A stretch of 64,000 bases of DNA from Elusimicrobiota bacterium (GTDB lineage Bacteria; Elusimicrobiota; Elusimicrobia; UBA1565). Position numbers and translations under genes: made by a program. Below are positions 9,727-19,400 of the stretch, one piece after another. Numbering within the stretch: position 1 is the stretch's first letter; each line of letters begins with the position of its first letter. Under the pieces are notes generated by a model. It was given only the letters and a program-made list of their open reading frames with translations. It ran no database searches and was not told the origin of the DNA. Location of the stretch: assembly GCA_041661185.1 (NCBI GenBank), contig JBAZUV010000001.1:224721-288720 (forward strand), written 5' to 3'.

Positions 9727-10353
9727 ATGGCATTCACATTGATCCCGAAAGAAGAGAAGTTCTTCGCCTTGTTCGATGCGCAGGCCGCGCACGGAGTCGC
9801 GGCGGCCAAGGCTTTCCGAGAGCTGGTGCTGAACTGGGAGCCGCAGTCCCCGCTCATTGAGAAGCTCCATGAGATCGAGCATGAAGCGGATCTCTCCACC
9901 CACGAGATCAAGGACAAGATCAACCGGACATTCATCACCCCGTTCGATCGGGAAGACATCCACCTGCTCGCCAGCGAACTCGACGACATCGTGGACATCA
10001 TCAATGCCACGGCCGTGCGCATGAGCCTCTATCGCTTGTCCGAATGCCGGCCGCAGCTCTGCGGGCTTGCCGATATCCTCTGCCAAGCCGCGGAGTCGAT
10101 TCAAAAAGCGATCGCCTGCCTGTCGGATCCCGCAAAGAGCCGACGCCTCATGGACTGCTGCATCGAGACCAACCGACTCGAGAATGAAGGCGACAAGCTC
10201 CTGGCCCAGGCCATCGAGGAGCTCTTCCGCGCTCCCACGGACCCCATCGAGGTCATCAAATGGGAGCGGATATATGAGGCGACCGAGGCGGCCATAGACA
10301 AGTGCGAACATGCGGCCCATACTCTCGAAGCCGTGCTCGTCAAACAGGGCTGA
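9727..10353 (+). CDS. DUF47/PhoU-like phosphate transport regulator
   Basis: MAFTLIPKEEKFFALFD... of about 208 aa, the family typically encoded upstream of pit. Start chosen at the internal ATG after the Pho-box-like site. Confidence 0.8.
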   Translation: MAFTLIPKEEKFFALFDAQAAHGVAAAKAFRELVLNWEPQSPLIEKLHEIEHEADLSTHEIKDKINRTFITPFDREDIHLLASELDDIVDIINATAVRMSLYRLSECRPQLCGLADILCQAAESIQKAIACLSDPAKSRRLMDCCIETNRLENEGDKLLAQAIEELFRAPTDPIEVIKWERIYEATEAAIDKCEHAAHTLEAVLVKQG

Positions 10354-10356
10354 GCC

Positions 10357-11346
10357 ATGGAGATATCCGTCATCCTCGTCATCGCCCTGGCCTTGGCATT
10401 CGACTTCATCAACGGCTTCCACGACTCGGCCAACTCCATCGCCACCGTGGTCTCCACCCGGGTCCTCTCGCCAAGGTCCGCGGTCCTATGGGCCGCATTC
10501 TTCAACTTCATCGCCTTCCTTATGTTCAAGCTGCACGTGGCCGCCACGATCGGGAAAGGCATCATAGACCCCGGCATCGTGGACATCCGGGTCATTGCCG
10601 CGACCTTGATCGGCGCCGCGCTATGGGACCTTGCCACATGGCACTGGGGCCTGCCCTCAAGCTCGTCTCACGCCCTCATCGGGGGGTTCATCGGCGCGGC
10701 TTTGGTCAAGGCCGGCACATCGGCCCTGATCTGGGAAGGCATCATCAGGACCGTGGTGTTCATGGTCATCGCGCCGGTGTTGGGCATCGTCTTGGGCTCG
10801 GCGATCGGAGTGGCGGTCTACTGGATATTCCGGCATGTGATGCCGGGGCGTATCGAGGGGATCTTCCGCAGAGGGCAGCTCGTTTCCGCGGCTCTTTATA
10901 GTTTGGGCCACGGCGGCAACGACGCACAGAAGACCATGGGAATCATCTCGGTACTGCTTTTTTCAACCGGCTACCTGGGAGGGGAGTTCCATGTCCCGAC
11001 ATGGGTCGTGCTCTCCTGCCATGCGGCCATGGGCTTGGGCACGCTCTTCGGCGGCTGGCGCATCGTCAAGACCATGGGCCAGAAGGTGGCCAAACTCCGG
11101 CCCGTGGACGGCTTCTGCGCGGAGACCGGCGGGGCCATGACGCTCTACTTGGCCTCGGCCTTGGGCGTGCCGGTGAGCACCACGCATACCATCACCGGAG
11201 CCATCATGGGAGTGGGCTCTCTTCGGCGTTTGACTGCGGTGCGCTGGGGCGTGAGCGGCAATATCGTCCTGGCCTGGCTGCTCACCATCCCCGCGGCCGC
11301 CCTGGTCTCAAGCCTCTCCTATTGGCTGATGACCCTTCTGAAATAA
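10357..11346 (+). CDS. pit: inorganic phosphate transporter, PiT family
   Basis: Contains the GFHDSANSIATVVSTRVL and GNDAQKTMGII signature repeats. Confidence 0.9.
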   Translation: MEISVILVIALALAFDFINGFHDSANSIATVVSTRVLSPRSAVLWAAFFNFIAFLMFKLHVAATIGKGIIDPGIVDIRVIAATLIGAALWDLATWHWGLPSSSSHALIGGFIGAALVKAGTSALIWEGIIRTVVFMVIAPVLGIVLGSAIGVAVYWIFRHVMPGRIEGIFRRGQLVSAALYSLGHGGNDAQKTMGIISVLLFSTGYLGGEFHVPTWVVLSCHAAMGLGTLFGGWRIVKTMGQKVAKLRPVDGFCAETGGAMTLYLASALGVPVSTTHTITGAIMGVGSLRRLTAVRWGVSGNIVLAWLLTIPAAALVSSLSYWLMTLLK

Positions 11347-11355
11347 CCGTCTTTT

Positions 11356-12090
11356 TTATTCCTTCTTTTTTCCGAACAATCCCTGGACCATGCCGGCTGC
11401 GGCTTTTCCCGCGTCCGAGATATCCTTCGTCCCGCTTTTGAGGAAGCTGCCTGTGCCCGACGCGGCCTTGATCGCGGACCCGGTAAGCGCGCCGAACATC
11501 TCCTTTGCGGCCTCTGCGATCGTGGCGCCGCCGGATTTGCGGCCGATATCGCGCAGTTCGATGTCCGGGAGAGGGACGCTCAGACTCTCGCTTCCGAACG
11601 CGCTCAGGTTCACCTTGCCGTTGGTCGCCTTGAAGAGGCCGATCTCGACCTTCGTCTCTTTCCGAGGCTTCTCGCTCTTGGGCGAGGAGGGGAAGAAGGA
11701 CTCCGCGTTCTTTTGGATGCGCGAGAGGTTGCTGCCGGATAAGCTTCCCTCAAGGGTGACTTCCAGACCGTCCACCACGATCTCCCGGATGACCACTCTG
11801 TCGGAGCCCAGGGACTTGAGGTCCACGGATAGGCGCACGGATCTGAACTCGAAGGCGCCGGGGGTCTTATAGCCGGCGGGATTCCCGATGAAGAGGCCGC
11901 GGATGCGTCCGCTCCCGGAGAACGGAGAAAGGACTACAGAATTGAGGCGCACTTCGGTCCGGGTCACTTTGGGACCCAGAGTCTCCACTGCGGTCTTCAC
12001 GATGGAGCCCAGCTTGATGTAAATGACGGCGGCCGCGATGATGAAGACCGCCAGGCAGCCTCCGGCGCAATAGAGCAGTATCTTTTTCAT
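11356..12090 (-). CDS. AsmA-like/DUF748-like membrane-anchored protein (short)
   Basis: MKKILLY start with an N-terminal transmembrane helix, followed by AsmA-like beta-rich repeats (SVDLKSLGSDRVVIREIVVDGLEV). Confidence 0.55.
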   Translation of the reverse strand: MKKILLYCAGGCLAVFIIAAAVIYIKLGSIVKTAVETLGPKVTRTEVRLNSVVLSPFSGSGRIRGLFIGNPAGYKTPGAFEFRSVRLSVDLKSLGSDRVVIREIVVDGLEVTLEGSLSGSNLSRIQKNAESFFPSSPKSEKPRKETKVEIGLFKATNGKVNLSAFGSESLSVPLPDIELRDIGRKSGGATIAEAAKEMFGALTGSAIKAASGTGSFLKSGTKDISDAGKAAAGMVQGLFGKKKE

Positions 12091-12115
12091 GCGGGGATTA
12101 GAGCATTTTCCCATT

Positions 12116-12725
12116 CTCGACCTCACCCACTTTTTAGAACAGTCGCGCAGGGGAGACTCTCTCCCTTCCCCCGCGCCCCTGGGAACCAGTTCCCACCCAC
12201 CTGTCGCACCCCGCGCATTCTGCTCGGGGCCTGAAGGCCGACGCGAGAGAGGTTTCATTTCTCGCGCCGGTGCTCCCCAAGGGGCTTACGCCCCTATGGC
12301 GCCGTCGGGATGCTTTGCATCCCAGGACGGCTGTTACCCCATTAAGGTGCGCGGGCCATGCCGCGCATCTTAATAGGGGCCCCCCTCTACGGGAGCGGGA
12401 GAGAGTCTCCCCTGCGCTCCTTGCGTTCTTCAGGGTGAGGTCGAGTCTGGAGATAGGGGCTGTTCGTTGAGGAAAGCCTCAGTCAAGACGTTTCCATCAC
12501 CCGGGGATACGGAAGTTTCAACAACGGCTTTCCTTGAGTCCGCTTCACGCGTTAACACTCGACATCACCCTAAGAAACGGCGGGTGGAGCAGAGGGGAAA
12601 CACCCTCCCGCTCCCGTGAAGGGGGCCCCGTAGCTTGGGGGGAACTGGTTCCCAGGGGCGCCGGGGGAAGGGAGGGTGTTTCCACTCTGCTCCAGGACCC
12701 GCTAGAAAAAGTGGGTGAGGTCGAG
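12116..12725. repeat. Non-coding region with three copies of an about 80-bp hairpin-rich unit (forward 12116-12194; reverse 12375-12446 and 12641-12725) plus long-range complementarity (12433-12446 with 12556-12570)
   Basis: Read directly from the sequence: ctcgacctcacccacttttt...gggaaccagttccc recurs in inverted orientation. Small stem-loops GGGAGA-CTC-TCTCCC and GGGAAC-CA-GTTCCC. No ORF with protein-like composition. Confidence 0.6.
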
Positions 12726-12781
12726 TTTCCCATTCCCTTGCATCTTGGCATCCTCTCGGTAAGGAGTTTTACCTAGGGTCC

Positions 12782-12801
12782 TGCGTATAATTTCTTATAG
12801 G
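12782..12801 (+). promoter_or_regulatory. same motif, instance b (TGCGTATAATTTCTTATAGG) upstream of tal-xfp
   Basis: Seen directly in the sequence. Confidence 0.5.
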
Positions 12802-12850
12802 CAGGATATGGGCAGGCGGCTAGGATGATATCTGGAAAGGAGACAAGAGC

Positions 12851-13972
12851 ATGAAGGACAATCCGTTGAAGCAATTAGGAAGGCTCGGCCAATCCCTCTG
12901 GCTGGACTATATCCGGAGAGATCTGATGGCGGGCGGCGGGCTCCGGCGCCTGATCGAGGAGGATGGATTGCGGGGGATGACCTCGAATCCGGCCATCTTC
13001 GAGAAAGCGATCGCGGACAGCAGCGATTACGACGAAGACATCCAAGCCATGGCGCTGAAGGGGAAGAGCGTCGGCGCGATTTATGAAGCCCTCAGCCGGC
13101 GCGACGTGCAGAGCGCCGCCGACGAGTTCCGGCCTCTCTACGACAGGACCGACGGCAAGGACGGCTATGTCAGCCTGGAGGTCAATCCCCACTTGGCGCA
13201 CGACACCCGCGGCACGCTGGATGAAGCCCGCCGGTTGTGGAGCGCCTTGAACAGGCCCAATGTCTTCATCAAGGTCCCGTCCACGGACGAAGGACTGCCC
13301 GCCATCCAGCAGCTCATCAGCGAAGGGATCAATGTCAACGTCACGCTGCTCTTCGGACTGCCCCGCTACCGGCAGGTCGCGCAAGCCTACATCGCCGGCA
13401 TCGAAGCCCGTCTGGCCCAGGGAAAGGCTGTAAGGCGGGTGGCTTCAGTGGCCAGCTTTTTTTTGAGCCGCATCGATACGCTGGCCGATCCGCCGCTGGG
13501 CAGGCTTGCCGCGCAAGGCGGCAAGGATGCAGACCTCGCGAAAAAAGCGCGCGGGCAAGTCGCCGTCGCCAGCGCGAAGCTGGCCTATCAGATATACAAG
13601 GAGATCTTCGGCAGCGATCGGTTCAAGAGGCTGGCGGCTCAGGGCGCTCTGGTCCAGCGGCTGCTCTGGGCCAGCACCGGCACTAAGAATTCCGACTATA
13701 GCGACGTGAAATACGTCGAGGAGATCATCGGGCCCGACACGATCAATACGGTCCCGCTGGAAACCCTTGAGGCCTATCGCGACCATGGAGAGCCGAAAGC
13801 CCGGCTCGAACAAGATTTCCAGGAAGCCTGCCGGGTGCTGGAGCGGCTGCCGGAACTGGGCCTCAGCATCGACGCCATAACGCAGCAGCTGGAGGACGAA
13901 GGGGTCGCGAAATTCAACAAGCCGTTCGACAAACTGATGGAGACCTTGGCGCAAAGGTCCTCCCGGAAATGA
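12851..13972 (+). CDS. tal: transaldolase (long Tal subfamily)
   Basis: [22 protein letters not shown] and active-site-Lys context. Overlaps xfp with ATGA. Confidence 0.9.
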   Translation: MKDNPLKQLGRLGQSLWLDYIRRDLMAGGGLRRLIEEDGLRGMTSNPAIFEKAIADSSDYDEDIQAMALKGKSVGAIYEALSRRDVQSAADEFRPLYDRTDGKDGYVSLEVNPHLAHDTRGTLDEARRLWSALNRPNVFIKVPSTDEGLPAIQQLISEGINVNVTLLFGLPRYRQVAQAYIAGIEARLAQGKAVRRVASVASFFLSRIDTLADPPLGRLAAQGGKDADLAKKARGQVAVASAKLAYQIYKEIFGSDRFKRLAAQGALVQRLLWASTGTKNSDYSDVKYVEEIIGPDTINTVPLETLEAYRDHGEPKARLEQDFQEACRVLERLPELGLSIDAITQQLEDEGVAKFNKPFDKLMETLAQRSSRK

Positions 13973-16341
13973 ATACAAAGACTCTTGACCCGGAATCGCT
14001 CCGAAAGCTGGATGCTTATTGGCGCGCCGCCAACTATCTGTCGGTCGGCCAGATCTATCTTCGCGACAATCCTCTGCTGAAGCGTCCGCTGATGCCGACG
14101 GATGTGAAGCGCATGCTGCTGGGGCACTGGGGCACGACCCCCGGGCAGAACTTCATTTACGCGCACTTGAACCGGGCCATTAAAAAGTACGGCCTCGACA
14201 TGATCTACGTGTCCGGCCCCGGACACGGCGGCCCGGCCGTCGTGTCCAACACCTACCTGGAGGGCACTTACAGCGAGATTTATCCCGACATCAGCCAAGA
14301 TGAGGCCGGGCTGCGGAAGCTCTTCATTCAATTTTCGTTTCCCGGAGGCATTCCCAGCCACGCATCGCCGGAGTGCCCGGGCTCGATCCACGAGGGCGGC
14401 GAGTTGGGCTATTCGCTCAGCCATTCGTTCGGGGCGGCGTTCGATAACCCCGGACTCATCGTCGCCTGCGTCGTCGGCGACGGAGAGGCGGAGACCGGAC
14501 CGCTGGCCGCGGCGTGGCATTCCAATAAATTCCTCGATCCGGCAGCCGACGGCGCGGTGCTGCCGATCCTGCATCTCAACGGCTACAAGATCTCCAACCC
14601 GACTCTCCTCGCGCGCATCACCCGCGAGGAATTGGAGCAGTTCCTCCGCGGCTGCGGGTGGACGCCCTTCTTCGTCGAGGGCCATGAGCCCGGGCTGATG
14701 CATGAGGCTATGGCCGCGGCCCTTGACGCGGCGGTGGAGCGGATCAAACAGCTCCAGCAGAACGCCCGAGTCCACGGCGACCTTGCGCGTCCGCGCTGGC
14801 CGATGATCGTTCTCGCGTCGCCCAAAGGCTGGACGGGGCCGAAGAAGGTCGACGGGCTGCAGGTCGAAGGCGCCTTCCGTTCTCACCAGGTGCCGCTCTC
14901 CGACCCGGCCGCCCGCCCCGAACACCTCAAGCTGTTGGAAGATTGGCTGAGGAGCTACCGGCCGGAGGAGCTTTTCGACGCGCAGGGCCGCCTGAAGCCT
15001 GAACTGGCCGAACTTGCGCCCAAGGGCGAAGGGCGCATGGGCGCCAATCCCCATGCCAACGGCGGCCTGCTGCTGCGCGATCTGCGGCTGCCTGATTTCC
15101 GCGGCTATGCGGTGGACGTGCCCTCGCCGGGAGTGCGCGGCATCGGCGACACGCGCGTGCTCGGGCTGTTCCTGCGCGATGCGGTGAAGCTCAACAGCGA
15201 GCAGCGGAATTTCCGGGTCTTCGGCCCTGACGAGACCCTCTCCAACGGTCTGGGGGCTCTGTTTGAGGCGACCGTCCGACAATGGAACGCCGCGACGCTG
15301 CCCAACGACGAATTCCTCGCTCCGTCCGGGCGCGTGCTGGACTCGATGCTCAGCGAACACCAATGCGAGGGCTGGCTCGAGGGCTACCTGCTCACCGGGC
15401 GGCATGGACTCTTCAACTGCTACGAGGCCTTCATCCACATCATCGACTCGATGTTCAACCAGCACGCCAAGTGGCTGAAGGTCTCCTCGCAGCTGCCGTG
15501 GCGGCGGAAGATCGCCTCGCTGAACTACCTGCTGGCCTCGCATGTCTGGCGCCAGGATCACAACGGCTTCACGCATCAGGATCCCGGCTTCATCGACCAT
15601 GTCATGAACAAGAAGGCCGAGGTGGTGCGGGTCTACCTTCCGCCGGACGCCAACTGCCTGCTCTCGGTGATGGACCATTGCCTGCGAAGCCGCCATTACG
15701 TCAACGTCGTGATCGCGGGCAAGCACCCGGCGCCGCAGTGGCTGACGATGAGCGCCGCGGCCGAACACTGCGCCCGGGGCATCGGCATCTGGGAGTGGGC
15801 CGGCAGCGGCCGGGGCTCCGAGCCCGACGTGGTCATGGCCTGCTGCGGCGACGTGCCCACGCTGGAGACGCTCGCCGCCGTCTCCATCATGCGCGAGCAT
15901 CTGCCCGGCCTGAAGATCAGGGTGGTCAACGTCGTCGACCTTATGAAGCTCCAGCCGCAGACCGAGCATCCGCACGGGTTGAGCGACGCGGATTTCGACG
16001 AGCTCTTCACCCGGGACAAGCCGGTCATCTTCGCCTTCCATGCCTACCCGTGGCTGATCCACCGGCTCACCTATCGCCGCGCCAACCACGAAAACATCCA
16101 TGTTCGCGGCTACAAGGAAGAGGGCACCATCACCACGCCCTTCGACATGACGGTGCTCAACGACCTGGACCGCTTCCACCTCGTGATGGACGCCGTCGAC
16201 CGCCTGCCGCAGACCGGCGAGAAGGGCCGTTGCCTGAAGCAGCGGCTCAAGGACAAGCTCATCGAGCACAAGCGCTACATCGTCAAGCACGGCGAAGATC
16301 TGCCGGAAATAAGCGGCTGGAAGTGGGGCAGCTCCCAATGA
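13969..16341 (+). CDS. xfp: xylulose-5-phosphate/fructose-6-phosphate phosphoketolase
   Basis: 790 aa. GHWGTTPG and EGGELGY thiamine-diphosphate motifs typical of phosphoketolase. Confidence 0.95.
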   Translation: MNTKTLDPESLRKLDAYWRAANYLSVGQIYLRDNPLLKRPLMPTDVKRMLLGHWGTTPGQNFIYAHLNRAIKKYGLDMIYVSGPGHGGPAVVSNTYLEGTYSEIYPDISQDEAGLRKLFIQFSFPGGIPSHASPECPGSIHEGGELGYSLSHSFGAAFDNPGLIVACVVGDGEAETGPLAAAWHSNKFLDPAADGAVLPILHLNGYKISNPTLLARITREELEQFLRGCGWTPFFVEGHEPGLMHEAMAAALDAAVERIKQLQQNARVHGDLARPRWPMIVLASPKGWTGPKKVDGLQVEGAFRSHQVPLSDPAARPEHLKLLEDWLRSYRPEELFDAQGRLKPELAELAPKGEGRMGANPHANGGLLLRDLRLPDFRGYAVDVPSPGVRGIGDTRVLGLFLRDAVKLNSEQRNFRVFGPDETLSNGLGALFEATVRQWNAATLPNDEFLAPSGRVLDSMLSEHQCEGWLEGYLLTGRHGLFNCYEAFIHIIDSMFNQHAKWLKVSSQLPWRRKIASLNYLLASHVWRQDHNGFTHQDPGFIDHVMNKKAEVVRVYLPPDANCLLSVMDHCLRSRHYVNVVIAGKHPAPQWLTMSAAAEHCARGIGIWEWAGSGRGSEPDVVMACCGDVPTLETLAAVSIMREHLPGLKIRVVNVVDLMKLQPQTEHPHGLSDADFDELFTRDKPVIFAFHAYPWLIHRLTYRRANHENIHVRGYKEEGTITTPFDMTVLNDLDRFHLVMDAVDRLPQTGEKGRCLKQRLKDKLIEHKRYIVKHGEDLPEISGWKWGSSQ

Positions 16342-16404
16342 ATCCCGTCGGCTTTGCACGCAACGGGTGAGTCGGCGGGCAGCGGACGCAGTTTTTCGAA
16401 ACGG

Positions 16405-19400
16405 CTATTTCGGCGACGCGTTTTGCGGCAGGGCTTCTCCCATCACCAGCTTTACCGCGTGGGCCGCTCCGTCGTCGACCAGCGCGATGGCGCTCGGATC
16501 GGCCGGCTTGCCGTCGAGCTCCGCGGAAACGACCCCTCGGCAGCGGTGTCCCGGGTTAGACACCGAGATCACGTAGCGCGTCCGGCCGAAGAGCCACGAG
16601 ATCTCATACTCGGACCAGGAAGAAGGGATGCAGGGGTCCAGTTCGAAGGCCGCGCCGCGGCGCTTGAGTCCCAGGATGCTCTCGAGCCCTGCGCGGTACA
16701 TCCAGCCCGCCGAACCGGTGTACCAGGTCCAGCCGGCTCGGCCGGAATGGTCGGGGTGCGCCAAGACGTCGCCGGCGAGGACGTAGGGCTCGCCCTTGTA
16801 GCGGCCGACGTCCGCGGCGCTGCGCGTGTGGTTGATGGGGTTGAGCATGTGGAAGAGCTCGGCGGCCTCGTCGCCGCAGCCCTGCTTGGCCAGGGCCATG
16901 ACGATCCAGGCGGCCGCGTGCGTGTATTGGCCGCCGTTCTCGCGCGCGCCGGGCGGGTAGCCCTTGATGTAGCCGGGCGACTGCTCCGAGCGGTCGAAGG
17001 GCGGCGTGAGCAGGAGGATGAGCCCGGCTCCGCGGCGGACGAGGTGGGTCCGCACCGCGTCCATCGCGCGCTCCGCCAGGCGCGGCGGGGCCGCGCCGGA
17101 AAGCACGGCCCAGGCCTGCGAGATCGAGTCGATCTGGCACTCGGGGCTTTGCGCCGAGCCCAGAGCGACGCCGTCGTCGTCGTAAGCGCGCCGGTACCAC
17201 TCGCCGTCCCACGACTGCTCGAGCACCGCCGCCAGGCGGCTCGCTTCGGCTCGGCAGCGCTCGGCTCGGGGGGAGTCTCCGCGGGACTCGCACAGGGGCG
17301 CGAAGTCGCCGAGCACTGCATATAGGAAAAAGCCGAGCCAGACGCTTTCGCCCCGTCCTTCACGTCCCACGCGGTTCATGCCGTCGTTCCAGTCGCCGTT
17401 GCCCATCAGCGGCAGGCCGTGCGCGCCCGAGGTGAGTCCGCGGTCGAGCGCGCGCGTGCAGTGCTCGAAGAGCGAGGCTCTTTCTGCACAGACGCTCGGC
17501 CGGCAATAGCTTTCCTGCTCGCCGGGCGCCAGCAGCGGGGACTCCAGGAACGGGACGCTCTCGTCGAGTATCCCGGAGTCTCCCGTCGTCTTCACGTAGT
17601 GCGCGACGGCGTAGGGAAGCCAGAGAAGGTCGTCGGAGCAGCGGGTGCGCGTGCCCCGGCCGCTGGGCGGATGCCACCAATGCTGGACGTCGCCCTCCAG
17701 GAACTGACGGGCGGCCGCGCGCAGGAGGTGCTCCCTCGCCAGGTCCGGCCGGGCCAGCATGAGAGCCAGCGCATCCTGAAGCTGGTCGCGAAATCCAAAG
17801 GCGCCGCCGGGCTGGGAGTAGCCGGTCCGCGCCCAGAGGCGGCAGCCGAGGTTCTGATAGAGCAGCCAGCGGTTCATCAGGAGATCGAAGGAGTCATCGG
17901 GCGTTTTGACCTGCACCGCACCGAGGGTATTCTCCCAGCCTTGGCGCACGCTCTCGAGCGCCGCGCGCGCCGCCGGGACGCCGCCGTGTCGGACGATCAA
18001 TTCACGGGCGTGCGCCGCGTCCTTTCCCTGGCCGAGGAGGAAGACCATGCGGCGCGTTTCGCCCGGCAGGAGCTTCACCGGGACCTGCAGCGCCGCGCAC
18101 GGATCGAGGCCGGCCCCGAAGCGTCCCGAGAGCGTTTCCCGGAATAGCGCCGCCGGACGGGAGAGCGAGCCGTTTCGCCCGAGGAAGGAGGTCCGGTCGC
18201 CCGAAGACGACTTCACCGCGTCGCTGGAATGGAGGAAGGCCGTTCGTCCCGCGAAGTCGTTGTTCCAGGCGTTGGAGGCCAGGATCGCCCCGGTCTGCGC
18301 GTCTCGCTGGGTTAGGACGTTCAGGTGCCGGCCGTCCTGAGGAGGCCCCAGCGACCACTCGTTGTAGGCGAAGATGCTCAATGCGCAGGGCGAGCCGCTC
18401 TCATTGCTCAGCGTCAGGAGAGAGAATTTCACGGGGTCCGCCGCGTCCACGAAGATCTCCAGGCGATGACGGATCCCGTGGACGGCGCGGTCGAAGCTCG
18501 TGACTCCGGCCGCGTGGCGGATCACGAAGCGGCCGCCTTCGCTCGTCCGGGGCAGCGGGCCCGGCGTCGGAGACCAGACCGCGCCCGTTTTGTCGTCGCG
18601 GACGAAGATCGCCTCGGAGGTCGGGTCGCAGACCGGGTCGTTGGCGAAGGGCGTGAGCCGATTCTCCCGGCTGTTTTCGGACCAAGTGTATGACGAGCCC
18701 GATTCCGTGACGACGGTTCCGAAAGCCGGGCCGGCGAGGACGTTGGCCCAGGGCAGCGGCGTCCCCTGGGCGCCTTCGAGGACGATGGCGTACTCGCGTC
18801 CGCCTTCCGTGAAGCCGCCCAGACCGTTGGCCATGACCATCGGCGGCGCCTCCGGCGGCATGCAGGGCTTGCCGTTTCGCGGGGCCCGCCGCGTCGGGGG
18901 CGCGGGCTCGCGGGACGCGCGCACGGTCCAATCCGGCGAGGGCCGGTCGAGCTGCTGCGAGAGGCCTCCGCGGTCGCTGCTGAGGATGGCCCGCGCGACG
19001 GCCTGGAGCAGGAGGCGTTCGGCTTCGGGCATGCGGTCCGCGCGGAGCAGGTATGCGCCGCCGGGCCGGTGCTTCCACGTCCGCCAGGGACCGTTGTCGA
19101 GCAGCGCCGTCAGCTGGGCGTGGACCTCGTCGTAATAGCTCACGGGATGCTCGTTGAGGATCACGACGTCCGCGAGCAGGCCCTTGAGCCGCCAGTACTC
19201 CTGGGCCTGGAGGATCTGGCGCGCGAGCGCGAGCCCGTCCTGCGAGAGGACGCGCACCAGCACGATCGGCAGGTCGCCCGAGATTTCGTGCGGCCAGAGT
19301 CCCGATTGGCCCAGCGTGCTGCGCGTCATGACCTCGGGAGCGGCGCGCAGAGAGGCGTCGTGGTAGAGGACGCGCGAGGCGAGGCGGTCGAAAAGGAGCG

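Noticed and set aside
12270-12760. Possible RNase P RNA, tmRNA or SRP RNA in the repeat-rich intergenic region
   Set aside because: Checked by eye for the P4 motifs (GGAAAGUCCGGGCUCC, ACAGAACCCGGCUUA), a tmRNA tag frame and tRNA-like 3' end, and the SRP domain IV motif. None is present; only generic hairpins were found. Left as an unclassified structured or repeat region.
13774-16359. 861-aa minus-strand ORF antisense to phosphoketolase; similar ORFs at 3155-4462, 56180-57766, 59752-61431 and 61438-62649
   Set aside because: Shadow ORFs opposite strongly supported genes (helicase, hutU, giant AAA/WD40 gene). Rejected for the same reason.
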